A stretch of 64,000 nt of DNA, from IMG/VR virus record IMGVR_UViG_3300043172_000799, positions 28,944 to 92,943 of that record; one strand, given 5' to 3'. The first letter of the stretch is position 1, and the number at the start of each line of letters is the position of its first letter. Source of the stretch: a virus (taxonomy: Duplodnaviria; Heunggongvirae; Uroviricota; Caudoviricetes). Shown here in pieces: positions 1 to 9,821 of the stretch. Position numbers and translations under genes: made by a program. Below the pieces are notes generated by a model, which ran no database searches, was not told the DNA's origin, and saw only the letters and a list, made by a program, of their open reading frames with translations.

Positions 1-308
1 TCTTCCGTTGTTTCATCAGTATAAGTAATATACCATTTATAGTTTTTTTGATGTATTCCAGATACTAATAAACCGAATTCATTTATTAAAACATTCAGTC
101 TATTTCTAGTAACATTTGTTTTATATCCGGCATTCGTTACTTTTAAAAGAGTAATTTCATCTGTATATCTTATTTCTGCAATTATTGAACTATGTAAACG
201 TACAATAGTTAAACTTTCATGCTCGTTATAGTGTGTAGATGTATTGTTCTTACTCCAATTCTTTTTTGCTTTGATTGCTTCAATCATTTCTTTTTCAATT
301 GTTTGCAT
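1..308 (-). CDS. Conserved-looking phage hypothetical protein, truncated by window start (MQTIEKEMIEAIKAKKNWSKNNTS...)
   Basis: Not in ORF track. Read manually on - strand from ATG at 308 with AAGGAA RBS; open to position 1. Confidence 0.7.
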   Translation of the reverse strand, partial: MQTIEKEMIEAIKAKKNWSKNNTSTHYNEHESLTIVRLHSSIIAEIRYTDEITLLKVTNAGYKTNVTRNRLNVLINEFGLLVSGIHQKNYKWYITYTDETTE

Positions 309-396
309 AGATTTAAATTCCTTATACATTTTATTTAAACAAAATAAATTGTTTAACTAAATGCAGTAATAAAGATTACTGCATAAAATTAAAAAA

Positions 397-1017
397 TCAA
401 TTCTTATCTTTTAACCACTGTATAGACTGATTTTCAAGAATTTCCATGTCATAGCAAACCTGAGAAATACAACTGTCAAGCAATATTGCTTGTCCTGTTG
501 TTTGTCTTCCCCATATAGTTAATCCATAATTTTCTATGATAATTTCCCCTTGTTCTTCTAATTTTCCCGCTAAAAAATCAGAAACAATCCAGTATTCATA
601 AATTTCTTGAATTTGGTTAAATTCCATGTCTTCCAGTGTTTCAATTTTACCTTGAAAAATATCAAGAAATTTTTGAGCTGTTTCATGTTTTTTTACAAAT
701 ATAGAAAAATATTCATTATCTCTATATCTAAACATTTCTATTTTATGAAAATAGTAATCTTTTATTTCTTCCAGCTCTTCAATTTTGCTTTCAATTTCTT
801 CAATTTTTTCATCTCTGTCACTTTCAAACATTTCACCAAATTCATCTGAATACCCATAATAAGAGATATATTCTATGATATCAATACCCTTTTCATAATC
901 TAAGCTGTTCAATTCTTGCAATTCGGCAACCATACTACTAACACAAGCATAAACATGAATTCCTACAAATTTACTTTTAATTTCCTGATTTTTAGAGCTG
1001 TTCATTTTTTCTATCAT
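397..1017 (-). CDS. Acidic phage hypothetical protein
   Basis: 206-aa ORF with AGGA RBS downstream of a repeated promoter unit; E/D-rich; C-terminal motif EYWIVSDFLAGKL...WGRQTTGQAI. Confidence 0.8.
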   Translation of the reverse strand: MIEKMNSSKNQEIKSKFVGIHVYACVSSMVAELQELNSLDYEKGIDIIEYISYYGYSDEFGEMFESDRDEKIEEIESKIEELEEIKDYYFHKIEMFRYRDNEYFSIFVKKHETAQKFLDIFQGKIETLEDMEFNQIQEIYEYWIVSDFLAGKLEEQGEIIIENYGLTIWGRQTTGQAILLDSCISQVCYDMEILENQSIQWLKDKN

Positions 1018-1033
1018 ATAGACATCCTATAAT

Positions 1034-1482
1034 TTTATTTAAACAATTTCAATTAATTGCTTATCAATCCATACTATAATAATAAATAATATGGATCAAT
1101 CAATAATCAATTAAAGATCAATTACATTTTCAGATAGTGCCCAGTTATACAAACATTCATCATTTAGAATCCATGTTTCTAACTCTCCATAAATTTCTGA
1201 TTTACTACTATCAATTAAAAAATCATTGTCAATACAATTTGCAGAAATTAAGGAATTTATTATTTCTTCCTTGTGTTGGTCAATAAAATCCTCTATTGAC
1301 ATAGAATTACTTTTAAGTTCTTCAATTTCATTTTCCAGTTCTTCAAGTTCACTTTCTTTTTTTTCAATTTTTTCCGTTAGAGTTTCTTGATACATGTTTA
1401 TACTTCCTGTAGTTTATTTAAACAAAATTAATTGCTTATCAATCCATATTATCACAATAAATAATATGGATCAATCAATAAT
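1034..1482 (-). repeat. Two ~70-bp direct repeats (1034-1107, 1413-1482), each carrying a minus-strand sigma70-type promoter
   Basis: Near-identical TTTATTTAAACAA...TTAATTGCTTATCAATCCATA...AATAAATAATATGGATCAATCAATAAT. On - strand these read TTGATC-N17-TAGTAT and TTGATC-N17-TAATAT. Confidence 0.85.
1111..1395 (-). CDS. Small acidic coiled-coil hypothetical protein
   Basis: 94-aa ORF, GGAAGT RBS, lies between the two promoter repeats. Confidence 0.75.
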   Translation of the reverse strand: MYQETLTEKIEKKESELEELENEIEELKSNSMSIEDFIDQHKEEIINSLISANCIDNDFLIDSSKSEIYGELETWILNDECLYNWALSENVIDL

Positions 1483-1652
1483 TAATTTAAAATATTGGCT
1501 ACTGCTATAATATGTTCATTACTACAACAGTTAATTTCAGCATGTTTATCAGTTTCAAAAATCCTAGCATTTTGTAAATTACTAGTATAGGAATTTTTTC
1601 TTCCTGCCTTATTAACAAATTTACTATCTTTGGTTCTTACTAATACATACAT
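1482..1652 (-). CDS. 56-aa hypothetical protein (MYVLVRTKDSKFVNKAGRK...)
   Basis: Below ORF-track cutoff; GGAAGTGTAAAC-ATG start, TAA at 1484-1482. Confidence 0.6.
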   Translation of the reverse strand: MYVLVRTKDSKFVNKAGRKNSYTSNLQNARIFETDKHAEINCCSNEHIIAVANILN

Positions 1653-1760
1653 GTTTACACTTCCTTAAAATATTTGATATACTCTAATAATAACTAGAAT
1701 TTTCATATTGTCAACAGAATTCATAAAAATAATACTTTCATAAAATAATTTAAATAATTC

Positions 1761-1789
1761 TTGACAAGCTTTTAAACATGGTATAATTT
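1761..1789 (+). promoter_or_regulatory. sigma70-type promoter for the rightward early cluster
   Basis: TTGACA at 1761 followed by TGGTATAAT(TT). Confidence 0.6.
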
Positions 1790-1821
1790 TTATAGTATCT
1801 TATATTAAGGAAGTGTAAAGA

Positions 1822-2046
1822 ATGATTAAAACAACGATTAAAACAATTAAAGAAAATTTTACTTTTATGGGTAGAAGATTTTTAAAAGATGATACTTGCA
1901 TAATAACGGAAAAAGAAATTTTCCATTGTTATATAGGGGATAGAACAAATTCAATAATTGCTGAAAATTTATTTACTAATGAATTTGACTCAATGCCTAC
2001 AGCAATACACAACGAATTATCAATAAATATTATTGGAAATTCATAA
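1822..2046 (+). CDS. Hypothetical protein
   Basis: 74-aa ORF with AAGGAAGT RBS. Confidence 0.65.
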   Translation: MIKTTIKTIKENFTFMGRRFLKDDTCIITEKEIFHCYIGDRTNSIIAENLFTNEFDSMPTAIHNELSINIIGNS

Positions 2047-2115
2047 TTGACTTATAGGATACATTAATATAATATTAGTGTATCTTATTAAATCAATTAT
2101 TAAGGAAGTGAAAAA

Positions 2116-2313
2116 ATGACACTTGAAGAAATATGTGAAAGCTTATGTACATATGATGCAAGAAGTCCTGACTATGAAATGCATATACAATGCATTTCAG
2201 CAGACTTGACTGAAATACCCGAACCACGGAATAATTGCAAATGTGATAATTGTTTTTATGGACGTGATAAACTAGCTATAGAAATATTAAAATATAGGGA
2301 TAATCACTCATAA
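2116..2313 (+). CDS. Small Cys-rich hypothetical protein (CxCxxC)
   Basis: 65 aa, AAGGAAGT RBS, NCKCDNCFYG motif. Confidence 0.7.
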   Translation: MTLEEICESLCTYDARSPDYEMHIQCISADLTEIPEPRNNCKCDNCFYGRDKLAIEILKYRDNHS

Positions 2314-2327
2314 AGGAAGTAAATAAA

Positions 2328-2597
2328 TTGTTTAATGAATATGGTAATAAAATAAAATATCTAATGCAAAGTAAACTGATATATTCAATACCTAATTATG
2401 GGCAAATTCCACGAATTTTTACTGAGCAAAGTTTTTATGAATATATTTTAGTTTGTGAAAATCTTACACATACAAGTTTACAAATTCCATTAGATGTGAT
2501 GAAGGCTCAAACATTTGCGGATAATAACAATTTAAAAAGAATTTCAAGTTTTGGACATATAGCACTATGGGAAGAAAAAGAGAATAAGGAAGTATAA
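2328..2597 (+). CDS. Hypothetical protein
   Basis: 89-aa ORF, TTG start after AAGGAAGT. Confidence 0.6.
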   Translation: MFNEYGNKIKYLMQSKLIYSIPNYGQIPRIFTEQSFYEYILVCENLTHTSLQIPLDVMKAQTFADNNNLKRISSFGHIALWEEKENKEV

Positions 2598-2599
2598 AA

Positions 2600-2869
2600 A
2601 TGAAAAATACAAAAATAGACAACTTTGATGAAATGACAAAAACAGGAGAGGAAACAACCAGATTGCTCTCTGTAAGGTTAAAAATTCCAGTGTCAAAATT
2701 TGAAATCTATAGAGATAACCAGTTTAAATTTCCTAGATATATTATAAGAATTAATCATAATGATCATGATATTACTCTAGATCGTATGACACTAAATATC
2801 TTGTTATCCGTGTATAGCTTTCAATATGTAGCTTTTGATGAAGAAAATGATATTTATATATATTTTTAG
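2600..2869 (+). CDS. Hypothetical protein
   Basis: 89-aa ORF, AAGGAAGT RBS. Confidence 0.65.
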   Translation: MKNTKIDNFDEMTKTGEETTRLLSVRLKIPVSKFEIYRDNQFKFPRYIIRINHNDHDITLDRMTLNILLSVYSFQYVAFDEENDIYIYF

Positions 2870-2898
2870 ATTAACATAGTAAAAAAGAAGTAAATAAA

Positions 2899-3645
2899 AT
2901 GATAGACATTTTTAAAGAACTGAAATCAGAGAAAAAAGAAAATTGCAAAGTTAACGGTTATGACAATATAAAAAATACTTGCAATTATTTATTGGAAGTG
3001 CTGGAAGATAAAAAATATTACAATCATTACAATAAAATGCAATTTTCAATAAATGCAAAATTATGTAAATCTCATCACTTTGCAGACTCTGAAGATTGTA
3101 AAAATGTAATAATTGACATTTTAAAAAATCAATACAATGTCAATAAAGATTATGAAAAAGTTTTTAATCTTCTTAATATATCAGATGAAGAAATTATGGA
3201 TTTACATAATTATTGGATTGAAGACAATCAAGGCTATATAAAAGAAATTCTTTCAGATTCTGTCATCTATGATGAGACTGAAATAAAGGAAATTCTTTCT
3301 ATTATTAAAAATGATTCAATTGGTTTTTATGGTAGAAGTGGTGGGAACTTATGTTTTAATACTGATATAGATTTTAATGAAGAACTGGAAACAATTATAC
3401 ATTGGATTGATGAAGATTACATAAAATATGAGTATGATTACAATAGACTGCAATCAGATGTAAAAGAATGGTTTAATTGTATCATGGGATTAAAATTTGT
3501 ATTAGATGATATTAAAACATTGATTGATGGTTCAAGTTTTCATGATGAATTAAAATTTAGATATGAAATTGAAATAGAAGATAATACAGAAATTCAGGAA
3601 ATTATTATTAATGAGTGCAAGCAATTAAATTTAGATATAATATAA
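2899..3645 (+). CDS. Acidic phage hypothetical protein
   Basis: 248-aa ORF, D/E-rich, GFYGRSGG motif. Confidence 0.8.
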   Translation: MIDIFKELKSEKKENCKVNGYDNIKNTCNYLLEVLEDKKYYNHYNKMQFSINAKLCKSHHFADSEDCKNVIIDILKNQYNVNKDYEKVFNLLNISDEEIMDLHNYWIEDNQGYIKEILSDSVIYDETEIKEILSIIKNDSIGFYGRSGGNLCFNTDIDFNEELETIIHWIDEDYIKYEYDYNRLQSDVKEWFNCIMGLKFVLDDIKTLIDGSSFHDELKFRYEIEIEDNTEIQEIIINECKQLNLDII

Positions 3646-3658
3646 GGAAATAAATAAA

Positions 3659-4285
3659 ATGAAAGAAAAAATAAAGGGATTTTTACCATGTTTTGATGGA
3701 TTCTATAATTCAATGTTAGAATTTGACTATGATATGTGTATCTACAATATTGAAGAGGATAGGCAAGAAAAAGGAATTATACAAAAATTCGACAGTGATA
3801 AAATAGAAATAGACTATAAAAGTTACTGCAATGATATGTCTATTAATGCAGTACAGACAATTGGCGAACCTCTGTTAGATATGAACTTGATTGTATCTGT
3901 TGAATTTGAGAATTTATATAGCCCTAGAGAATATAATTTTGAAACAGATTCTATAAATTGTATTTATTCCATAACAGAAGAAAACAAGAAAAATATACTG
4001 GAATATATTAAAAATAATATAGATGAATTTGAAACGTATATAAAGGATAGATATACAAGTCGTTCCGGTTTTATGTCATTTTATTCTAATGATTTTAGAC
4101 AATGGATAAAAGAATTTGAAAGCTGGAATATGGAAAAAATTGACCATAAATTCAGCTCAGTACTTGAATTCATACTTCTTAATGAAGAGGAACAATATTA
4201 TTACTCTATGGAAATTTCAGAAAACTTTACAATCAGTAATTCTTGTGATCAGTATATCACTAATTATGATGAGCTGTTAAAATAA
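3659..4285 (+). CDS. Acidic phage hypothetical protein
   Basis: 208-aa ORF; motifs LPCFDGFYNS, SPREYNFETD, YTSRSGFMSFYSN. Confidence 0.8.
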   Translation: MKEKIKGFLPCFDGFYNSMLEFDYDMCIYNIEEDRQEKGIIQKFDSDKIEIDYKSYCNDMSINAVQTIGEPLLDMNLIVSVEFENLYSPREYNFETDSINCIYSITEENKKNILEYIKNNIDEFETYIKDRYTSRSGFMSFYSNDFRQWIKEFESWNMEKIDHKFSSVLEFILLNEEEQYYYSMEISENFTISNSCDQYITNYDELLK

Positions 4286-4303
4286 AAAAAGGAAGTAAGA
4301 AAA

Positions 4304-4486
4304 ATGAGTATAAAGGAATTACCAGGATACATTGAAAGTTATATTAAAAAATTACCTCCTTGTAAAAAATGCGGATGTTTATATCACTATGGATATAGAG
4401 ATTTATTAAGTATTGAATCTACGGTGAAAATAAAATGTGATGCTTGCCAGCATGAGAGACTAGTTTTATTTTCAGATATTTTATAG
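4304..4486 (+). CDS. Small Zn-ribbon-like protein
   Basis: 60 aa with CKKC and CDAC. Confidence 0.6.
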   Translation: MSIKELPGYIESYIKKLPPCKKCGCLYHYGYRDLLSIESTVKIKCDACQHERLVLFSDIL

Positions 4487-4656
4487 TTTAATTTCTTTGT
4501 ATTGACTCGTCACTGCATCGGAATTTTAAAGTGGTATGAATATATAAGAAACTTGAAAAGATTGAAATTCGGTTTTTTCAAGTTATTTTCAAAAATAATT
4601 ATTATTTATATTGTTATTTTTGAAAATAAGGTTTATCTTCTTATTAAGAGGTAATT

Positions 4657-5349
4657 ATGTTAAATAGTAAAATTATTGAATTGAAAAAATCAGTTTTGAA
4701 AACAATCTTAAGTTCTGAGAATTGCAATCATGAGCAAGCATTGAAAGCATTTTCAGAATATTCTAAATTAGATGTATGCGAAGCTGAAAAAGAATTTCAT
4801 CTTTACTATGTTAGACATAGTTCAAATTTAGGAATAGTTCCCAACTTAAGAAAGGTTGGTTAAAATGTCAATAACTGAAAAAGAAATTCACTGTCAGAAA
4901 TTGGCACTGGAAGAGATTTCATGTCATAACGATAATAATGTTTTAATTATTGTACAATATAATAATTATTGTATTCCGGTTACTTTCAGAAATATAATAA
5001 ATGAATTTGAATTAAAATTTAATCGTGTTCCTACATATATTGAATTAATTAAAAAATGTGAGAAGATATTAAATATTGATTTATATAAAATAGCATAATA
5101 CAAAAAAGTTGGTTAAAAATGAAATATAATATAATCTTTAATAAGCAAGTAATCCCATATAAAATTGTAATGAAATTAGTATATTTTAACAGATACTTTG
5201 ATAAATTTTATTGTCATTCTTTTTTAGAAAATGGCTTTCGATTAAAAGAGGATTTACTTTTCATACTTGAGACCACGGAACAATTAACAGATTTTACTAA
5301 AAAATTTGATTGCATTATACAGCAAAATAATATTATTATATTTGTATAG
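4657..5349 (+). CDS. Three small hypothetical ORFs (4657-4863, 4856-5098, 5119-5349)
   Basis: Tightly packed or overlapping same-strand ORFs from the track. Confidence 0.55.
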
Positions 5350-5362
5350 AGGGAAAATAAAA

Positions 5363-5719
5363 ATGAAAAAAATCACTATTCTAACCTTGTTACTTTTGTT
5401 TCTGATCAGTTGTAAAAACATTACTTCATCAATTGAATATTATAAAATTCAGTTCATAAATAATTCTGATTATAGTATCTATGTAGTAGAATTCGAAGGG
5501 GAAACATTTCCAGAATTTACAATTGAACCAAATTCAAAAATAACTGTTATTTCATTGTGTCCTCCGTATTATTTTAGTTATGCATATGATAATAAAACAT
5601 ATTATTATGATAGTTCTGACTATATGCCAATAGATGAAATTAGTATTATGTCTATTTTAAATGATAGTGTAATAGAATTTAGAAATATAATAAAAGAGGA
5701 GAAAATTAAAAATGGATGA
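5363..5719 (+). CDS. Predicted lipoprotein
   Basis: True start is probably ATG 5363 (GAGGGA RBS): MKKITILTLLLLFLISC = basic N-terminus, hydrophobic stretch and lipobox Cys. Confidence 0.7.
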   Translation: MKKITILTLLLLFLISCKNITSSIEYYKIQFINNSDYSIYVVEFEGETFPEFTIEPNSKITVISLCPPYYFSYAYDNKTYYYDSSDYMPIDEISIMSILNDSVIEFRNIIKEEKIKNG

Positions 5720-5951
5720 ATTTATCAAAATTATTAATCAGTTAAGAAGGGCCAATAAAAATGATTGGTTTTATACTGATTATCAAACTAGCGGAAAAAA
5801 GATTGTAATAAAATGTTACAATACTTATCTACAGATTTTAAGGATTGATAATATCAATTATGGCGGATTAATGGATATCTCTGTTAAAAAGTTCAACAGT
5901 GAATTGGAAAGTGTTTACAAAATTGCAGTAGGGGAAATTAACAATGGATAA
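5712..5951 (+). CDS. Hypothetical protein
   Basis: 79-aa ORF overlapping the upstream stop. Confidence 0.7.
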   Translation: MDEFIKIINQLRRANKNDWFYTDYQTSGKKIVIKCYNTYLQILRIDNINYGGLMDISVKKFNSELESVYKIAVGEINNG

Positions 5952-6078
5952 TTTGTATTTGTGTTTTAATCCAAAATTTGACAATGATTTATTTAACGAT
6001 TTAAATGAGGATTACAGGGAAAATGATAATTCTGAATTTGACAGTACGGAAGAAATTCCAGTTGAATTTGATTATTGA
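5944..6078 (+). CDS. 44-aa highly acidic peptide (MDNLYLCFNPKFDNDLFNDLNEDYRENDNSEFDSTEEIPVEFDY)
   Basis: GGGGA RBS, overlaps upstream stop; below track cutoff. Confidence 0.5.
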   Translation: MDNLYLCFNPKFDNDLFNDLNEDYRENDNSEFDSTEEIPVEFDY

Positions 6079-6130
6079 CATTTTATAGGATATATAAATA
6101 TAATGTTTGTATAAATATAATGTTTGTATA
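6075..6130 (+). promoter_or_regulatory. sigma70-type promoter with a tandemly duplicated 17-bp -10 unit
   Basis: TTGACA 6075, TATAAT 6099; TATAAATATAATGTTTG occurs twice (6093-6109, 6110-6126). Confidence 0.65.
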
Positions 6131-6156
6131 TCTTATTAAGATTTTAATATAAGGAA

Positions 6157-7248
6157 GTGGAAAAGATGAAAAAAATTAATGGTTATTTTGAAAACAATAT
6201 TGACATGAATTTGAATGATACTCTACAGAAATTAAAGAGTACTTTCTCTACTGAGAATTTAAAAGAAATGTCATTTTGTTTTGATTCTGAATTTGACAAT
6301 ATGAAGGCAGTAATTGAAAATATTATTGACCAGATAGAAAACACGACAGAAATTGAAAAATTAGAAAAGTATAGAGAAATTTTCATTGATTCATTTACTG
6401 AAAAATTAAATGAATATCTGACAGGTTCATTTGAATATTACGAAACAGAAGATTGGGGAAGTGAATATTTTAATGAAATGCCTAATGATGAAATTCAAAT
6501 AAAGGGCACTGATTATTATGGTGATAAAAAAGATATAAAAAACAATGTTATTTCTTTACTTGAAAACTTATCTATAGGTATAATTGACTATATGGAATTC
6601 TCTTTTAATAATCCTGGCTTTGTTCATTTTAATCCTGAAAATGACATTTATTTCTCTCAGGGGAATTTGGGAGAATTTGAAACACAAATAGATGATGATA
6701 TGTCAACAGAACTTAAAAAATTAAGTGATGAAGATAAGGAAGAAATAAAAAGCAATTTAGATTTTTATACATCGGATTTCGAATTATTTTATAGTAATGT
6801 AAGTTATGCTTATTATATTTATAGCATTTCATTCAATGATTTTTTCAGTAATGTATTAGATTGTATAGCTTTTGAAGACAATAAGGAAGAAATAGCCATT
6901 TTATATAATCTGTATAGAAGTGTAAAAAATGACTATGCCATAGAAACAGAAATAGCAAAAAAAATTATTGATTTATATTACTGTGAAGAAATAAGTAAAA
7001 GAGACTTTCAGAATATAATAAAAGAAAATGACTTTATTTTATCTGAAAATAAAAAACAATATTGTAAAACTTCCAATAACAAAAAAATTGAAGCTGTTCT
7101 ATTTACTACTAGATTAAAATTAGTTAATAGCTTTCCTTTTTATTTTGACTGTCATTATATAAATAAGGAAAAAGAATTTAAAAGCTGGATGATAAAGGAT
7201 AAAAAAGATTTTATCGACTATATTAAAATATTTAATGAATTGGATTAA
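6157..7248 (+). CDS. Large acidic hypothetical protein
   Basis: 363-aa ORF, strongly D/E-rich, AAGGAAGT RBS. Confidence 0.8.
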   Translation: MEKMKKINGYFENNIDMNLNDTLQKLKSTFSTENLKEMSFCFDSEFDNMKAVIENIIDQIENTTEIEKLEKYREIFIDSFTEKLNEYLTGSFEYYETEDWGSEYFNEMPNDEIQIKGTDYYGDKKDIKNNVISLLENLSIGIIDYMEFSFNNPGFVHFNPENDIYFSQGNLGEFETQIDDDMSTELKKLSDEDKEEIKSNLDFYTSDFELFYSNVSYAYYIYSISFNDFFSNVLDCIAFEDNKEEIAILYNLYRSVKNDYAIETEIAKKIIDLYYCEEISKRDFQNIIKENDFILSENKKQYCKTSNNKKIEAVLFTTRLKLVNSFPFYFDCHYINKEKEFKSWMIKDKKDFIDYIKIFNELD

Positions 7249-7252
7249 AACT

Positions 7253-7288
7253 AAAAAGCACTAATCATATAAAATTAGTGCTTTTTTT
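7253..7288. terminator. Intrinsic (bidirectional-type) terminator
   Basis: AAAAAGCACTAAT / ATTAGTGCTTTTT stem followed by a T-tract. Confidence 0.8.
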
Positions 7289-7330
7289 ATTGACAGTAAT
7301 TAAAAATAATGATTATTAAGGAAGGATAAA

Positions 7331-7804
7331 ATGAAAAGAATTAACGACAGATTGAATTATTTGAATTCGGCTATTCAGAAAACTATGGATTTATATGACA
7401 TGGGAAGTATAAACAATGAAACGTATAAAAAAGATATTGAACACTTAACAATCAGAATAGATGAAATTGAATTCGGAAGTGGTAACAGATACAATAATTT
7501 ATTTGACTGTTCAATAAATGACTTGATAGAATCTATCAAAACATTGGAAGAAATTGAAAGTAATCACGTTGAAAAGATAAGGCAATTAACAGAATTAGAA
7601 AAAACATATCTTCCACTTACTGAAGAAATAACAGAAAAATCAGATTGTATAGAAATTTCTTATGTTCCTAAGTTGGGAACAATTGAAATTTCAGATAATA
7701 ATACAGACAATCACATAGGATTGACTCTTGAAGATATTCAGGAGATCGTACAGATTGCACGGGAAAGGAATTTCAAAATAGCAAATAGAATTGATTTAAA
7801 ATAA
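7331..7804 (+). CDS. Hypothetical coiled-coil protein
   Basis: 157-aa ORF, AAGGAAGG RBS. Confidence 0.75.
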   Translation: MKRINDRLNYLNSAIQKTMDLYDMGSINNETYKKDIEHLTIRIDEIEFGSGNRYNNLFDCSINDLIESIKTLEEIESNHVEKIRQLTELEKTYLPLTEEITEKSDCIEISYVPKLGTIEISDNNTDNHIGLTLEDIQEIVQIARERNFKIANRIDLK

Positions 7805-7954
7805 CGTTTATTGATCTGTGTACTGCCTGTACTGCATTTTATAGTAATAGTGATATGTTGACATGTTTTATTAAATAAGATGCAATACAGCTCTTTTATA
7901 TACAAAATAAATATTTTCTCATTATTTTAAAAATAAATTTGACTTTATAGAATT

Positions 7955-8653
7955 ATGGAATTATCTTTGTTATATACCATAGGAAAGGATGAAATTATGA
8001 ATGATGTTAGAATGAACATAGCCAACGAAATTGACTTACTGACTAAAAAAGCTGAAAAAGAAAATGATCTGCATATGAAGACACTTATTAGAAAACAGAT
8101 TAAAACATTATTTACTGCGCTTATGGAACTAAACAAAATTCAGGATGAAATAATCAATATTTAAATAATCAGCTTATAGAATAAAGCAATATAATCAAAT
8201 ATTGCTGTATTTCATTAAACTTATTATAGGGGGAATGATGAAACGAAAAATAAAGAATCCAACAAAAAAGCAGATATTATCCAGAATTTGGTTAGATTCT
8301 GATGGTTACTGGTATAAGGCTGAAAATAAATCTAGATGTTCATGGCCTGCTTATTATATTGACGGCAGGCATGTATCTTGTAAATGGTTTAATAGTAGAT
8401 TTTCAAAGAAAGGATAAAAATTATGATTAATGTAGTAGAAAAGTATGTAACTAATGATAATACTTATTTTGACACAGAAGCAGAAGCAGAAGCATATATT
8501 GTTGATAGAGCCTGCTCAGAACTAAATGAGAAATTCAAAAAAATGGAAACCTATGATTTAAAACATAGGGACCTATGTACTATAATTAGTGGTTTATATG
8601 GAAGTTATGAGAGGTTAGTAGAAACAAGGGATTTTTTAATTAAACTTTTGTGA
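7955..8653 (+). CDS. Three small hypothetical ORFs (7955-8164, ~8202-8417, 8423-8653)
   Basis: Same-strand ORFs in track with plausible RBSs; true starts of the first two may be internal ATGs. Confidence 0.55.
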
Positions 8654-9540
8654 TATTGTAGAGAACGTAAATGGATTATACACAATACTGGATAAGATGT
8701 TATCAGCATACCCACCATATAGCCTATACATTATTGTATAGGCTTTCCTATCTGCATACATTACACAGAATCAACGCAATACAATAATGGTATTAAATAT
8801 CCAATACACATAGAAGATACACCACAGCTATTCTACAGAGCAATTAACACACATATACAGATATACTTATAGTAACATATATTCTTTATCGTATTTATAC
8901 GATAGATTATTATGTATTTTAGTTATTACATAATATGTGCACACATATGCACATAACATTAGTCCTATCATTTATATTACAGTAGTATACAGCTACTGTA
9001 ACAGTTATACAGTATAGCTATAGTAAATTATATAATGTTTGTCTCTCCTGAATAAGATTGAATAAAAGATAAAATGAATAGCTGAAATAGTTAATTGCTT
9101 GTAGTATAGCAAGTTAAAAGAATACAGCGCAGACAACAGACATTAATCCTATAGTTTACATAGGTAAAGAATGACTTCAAAAGCAATTGATTGATCAATA
9201 TTTATTTTTTATTTCAGCTTACATGTATACTGTACAACACACAGCATAGTACAACACACATTATTATATGTAAAATGAATTGATTAGAATAAATAATCGC
9301 TTGCTTTATACACTGCTTATACTAGTTTGATTGACGTAAGATAGGCAAGGCTAAGTTAGGGTGCCCATTCCTAAGTTAGTTGCCCCTAACTAACTTCCTT
9401 GATATCAGACACGGGCAATTTTGTAAAAAATCACACCATTTTCATAGAATTCGCCCTTAGTTACATTTAAACCCCTAAGAAGGCACCCCCCATTTTTCCA
9501 CAGCAAATAAGTTGTTCTCTGAATTTTTTCTAGAAAAGTC
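8654..9540. other. Long non-coding interval (candidate origin, genome terminus or module junction)
   Basis: No ORF of 60 aa or more for ~900 bp; hairpin AGCCTATAC/GTATAGGCT near 8721-8745; repeated ACAG motifs; GC-richer patch ~9340-9500. Confidence 0.45.
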
Positions 9541-9569
9541 TTGACAAAACTCTCCTATAGGGTTAGAAT
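9541..9569 (+). promoter_or_regulatory. Consensus sigma70 promoter
   Basis: TTGACA-N17-TAGAAT upstream of GGAGG RBS and ORF 9597. Confidence 0.8.
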
Positions 9570-9596
9570 AGGTAATAAAACAAATTTGGAGGATAT

Positions 9597-9821
9597 ATGT
9601 TATTAGAAATTAGTAAGATGAGCATCGACCAGCTAAAGGCAGAAATACTTAACATTGAGGAAATGCCCTGCTCTGAAAGTTATTGTAGGTTTAATGATTG
9701 TGGGATGTGTATGCAAAAATACTGTACAATAGATTATGACTCCCAACAAGAAGCATGGGATAGATGTGAAGAACTGGAAGAAGAATTAAAAAGGAGGAAC
9801 AACAGTGAAAATGCGAGTTAA
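9597..9821 (+). CDS. Small Cys-rich hypothetical protein
   Basis: 74 aa, GGAGG RBS. Confidence 0.7.
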   Translation: MLLEISKMSIDQLKAEILNIEEMPCSESYCRFNDCGMCMQKYCTIDYDSQQEAWDRCEELEEELKRRNNSENAS

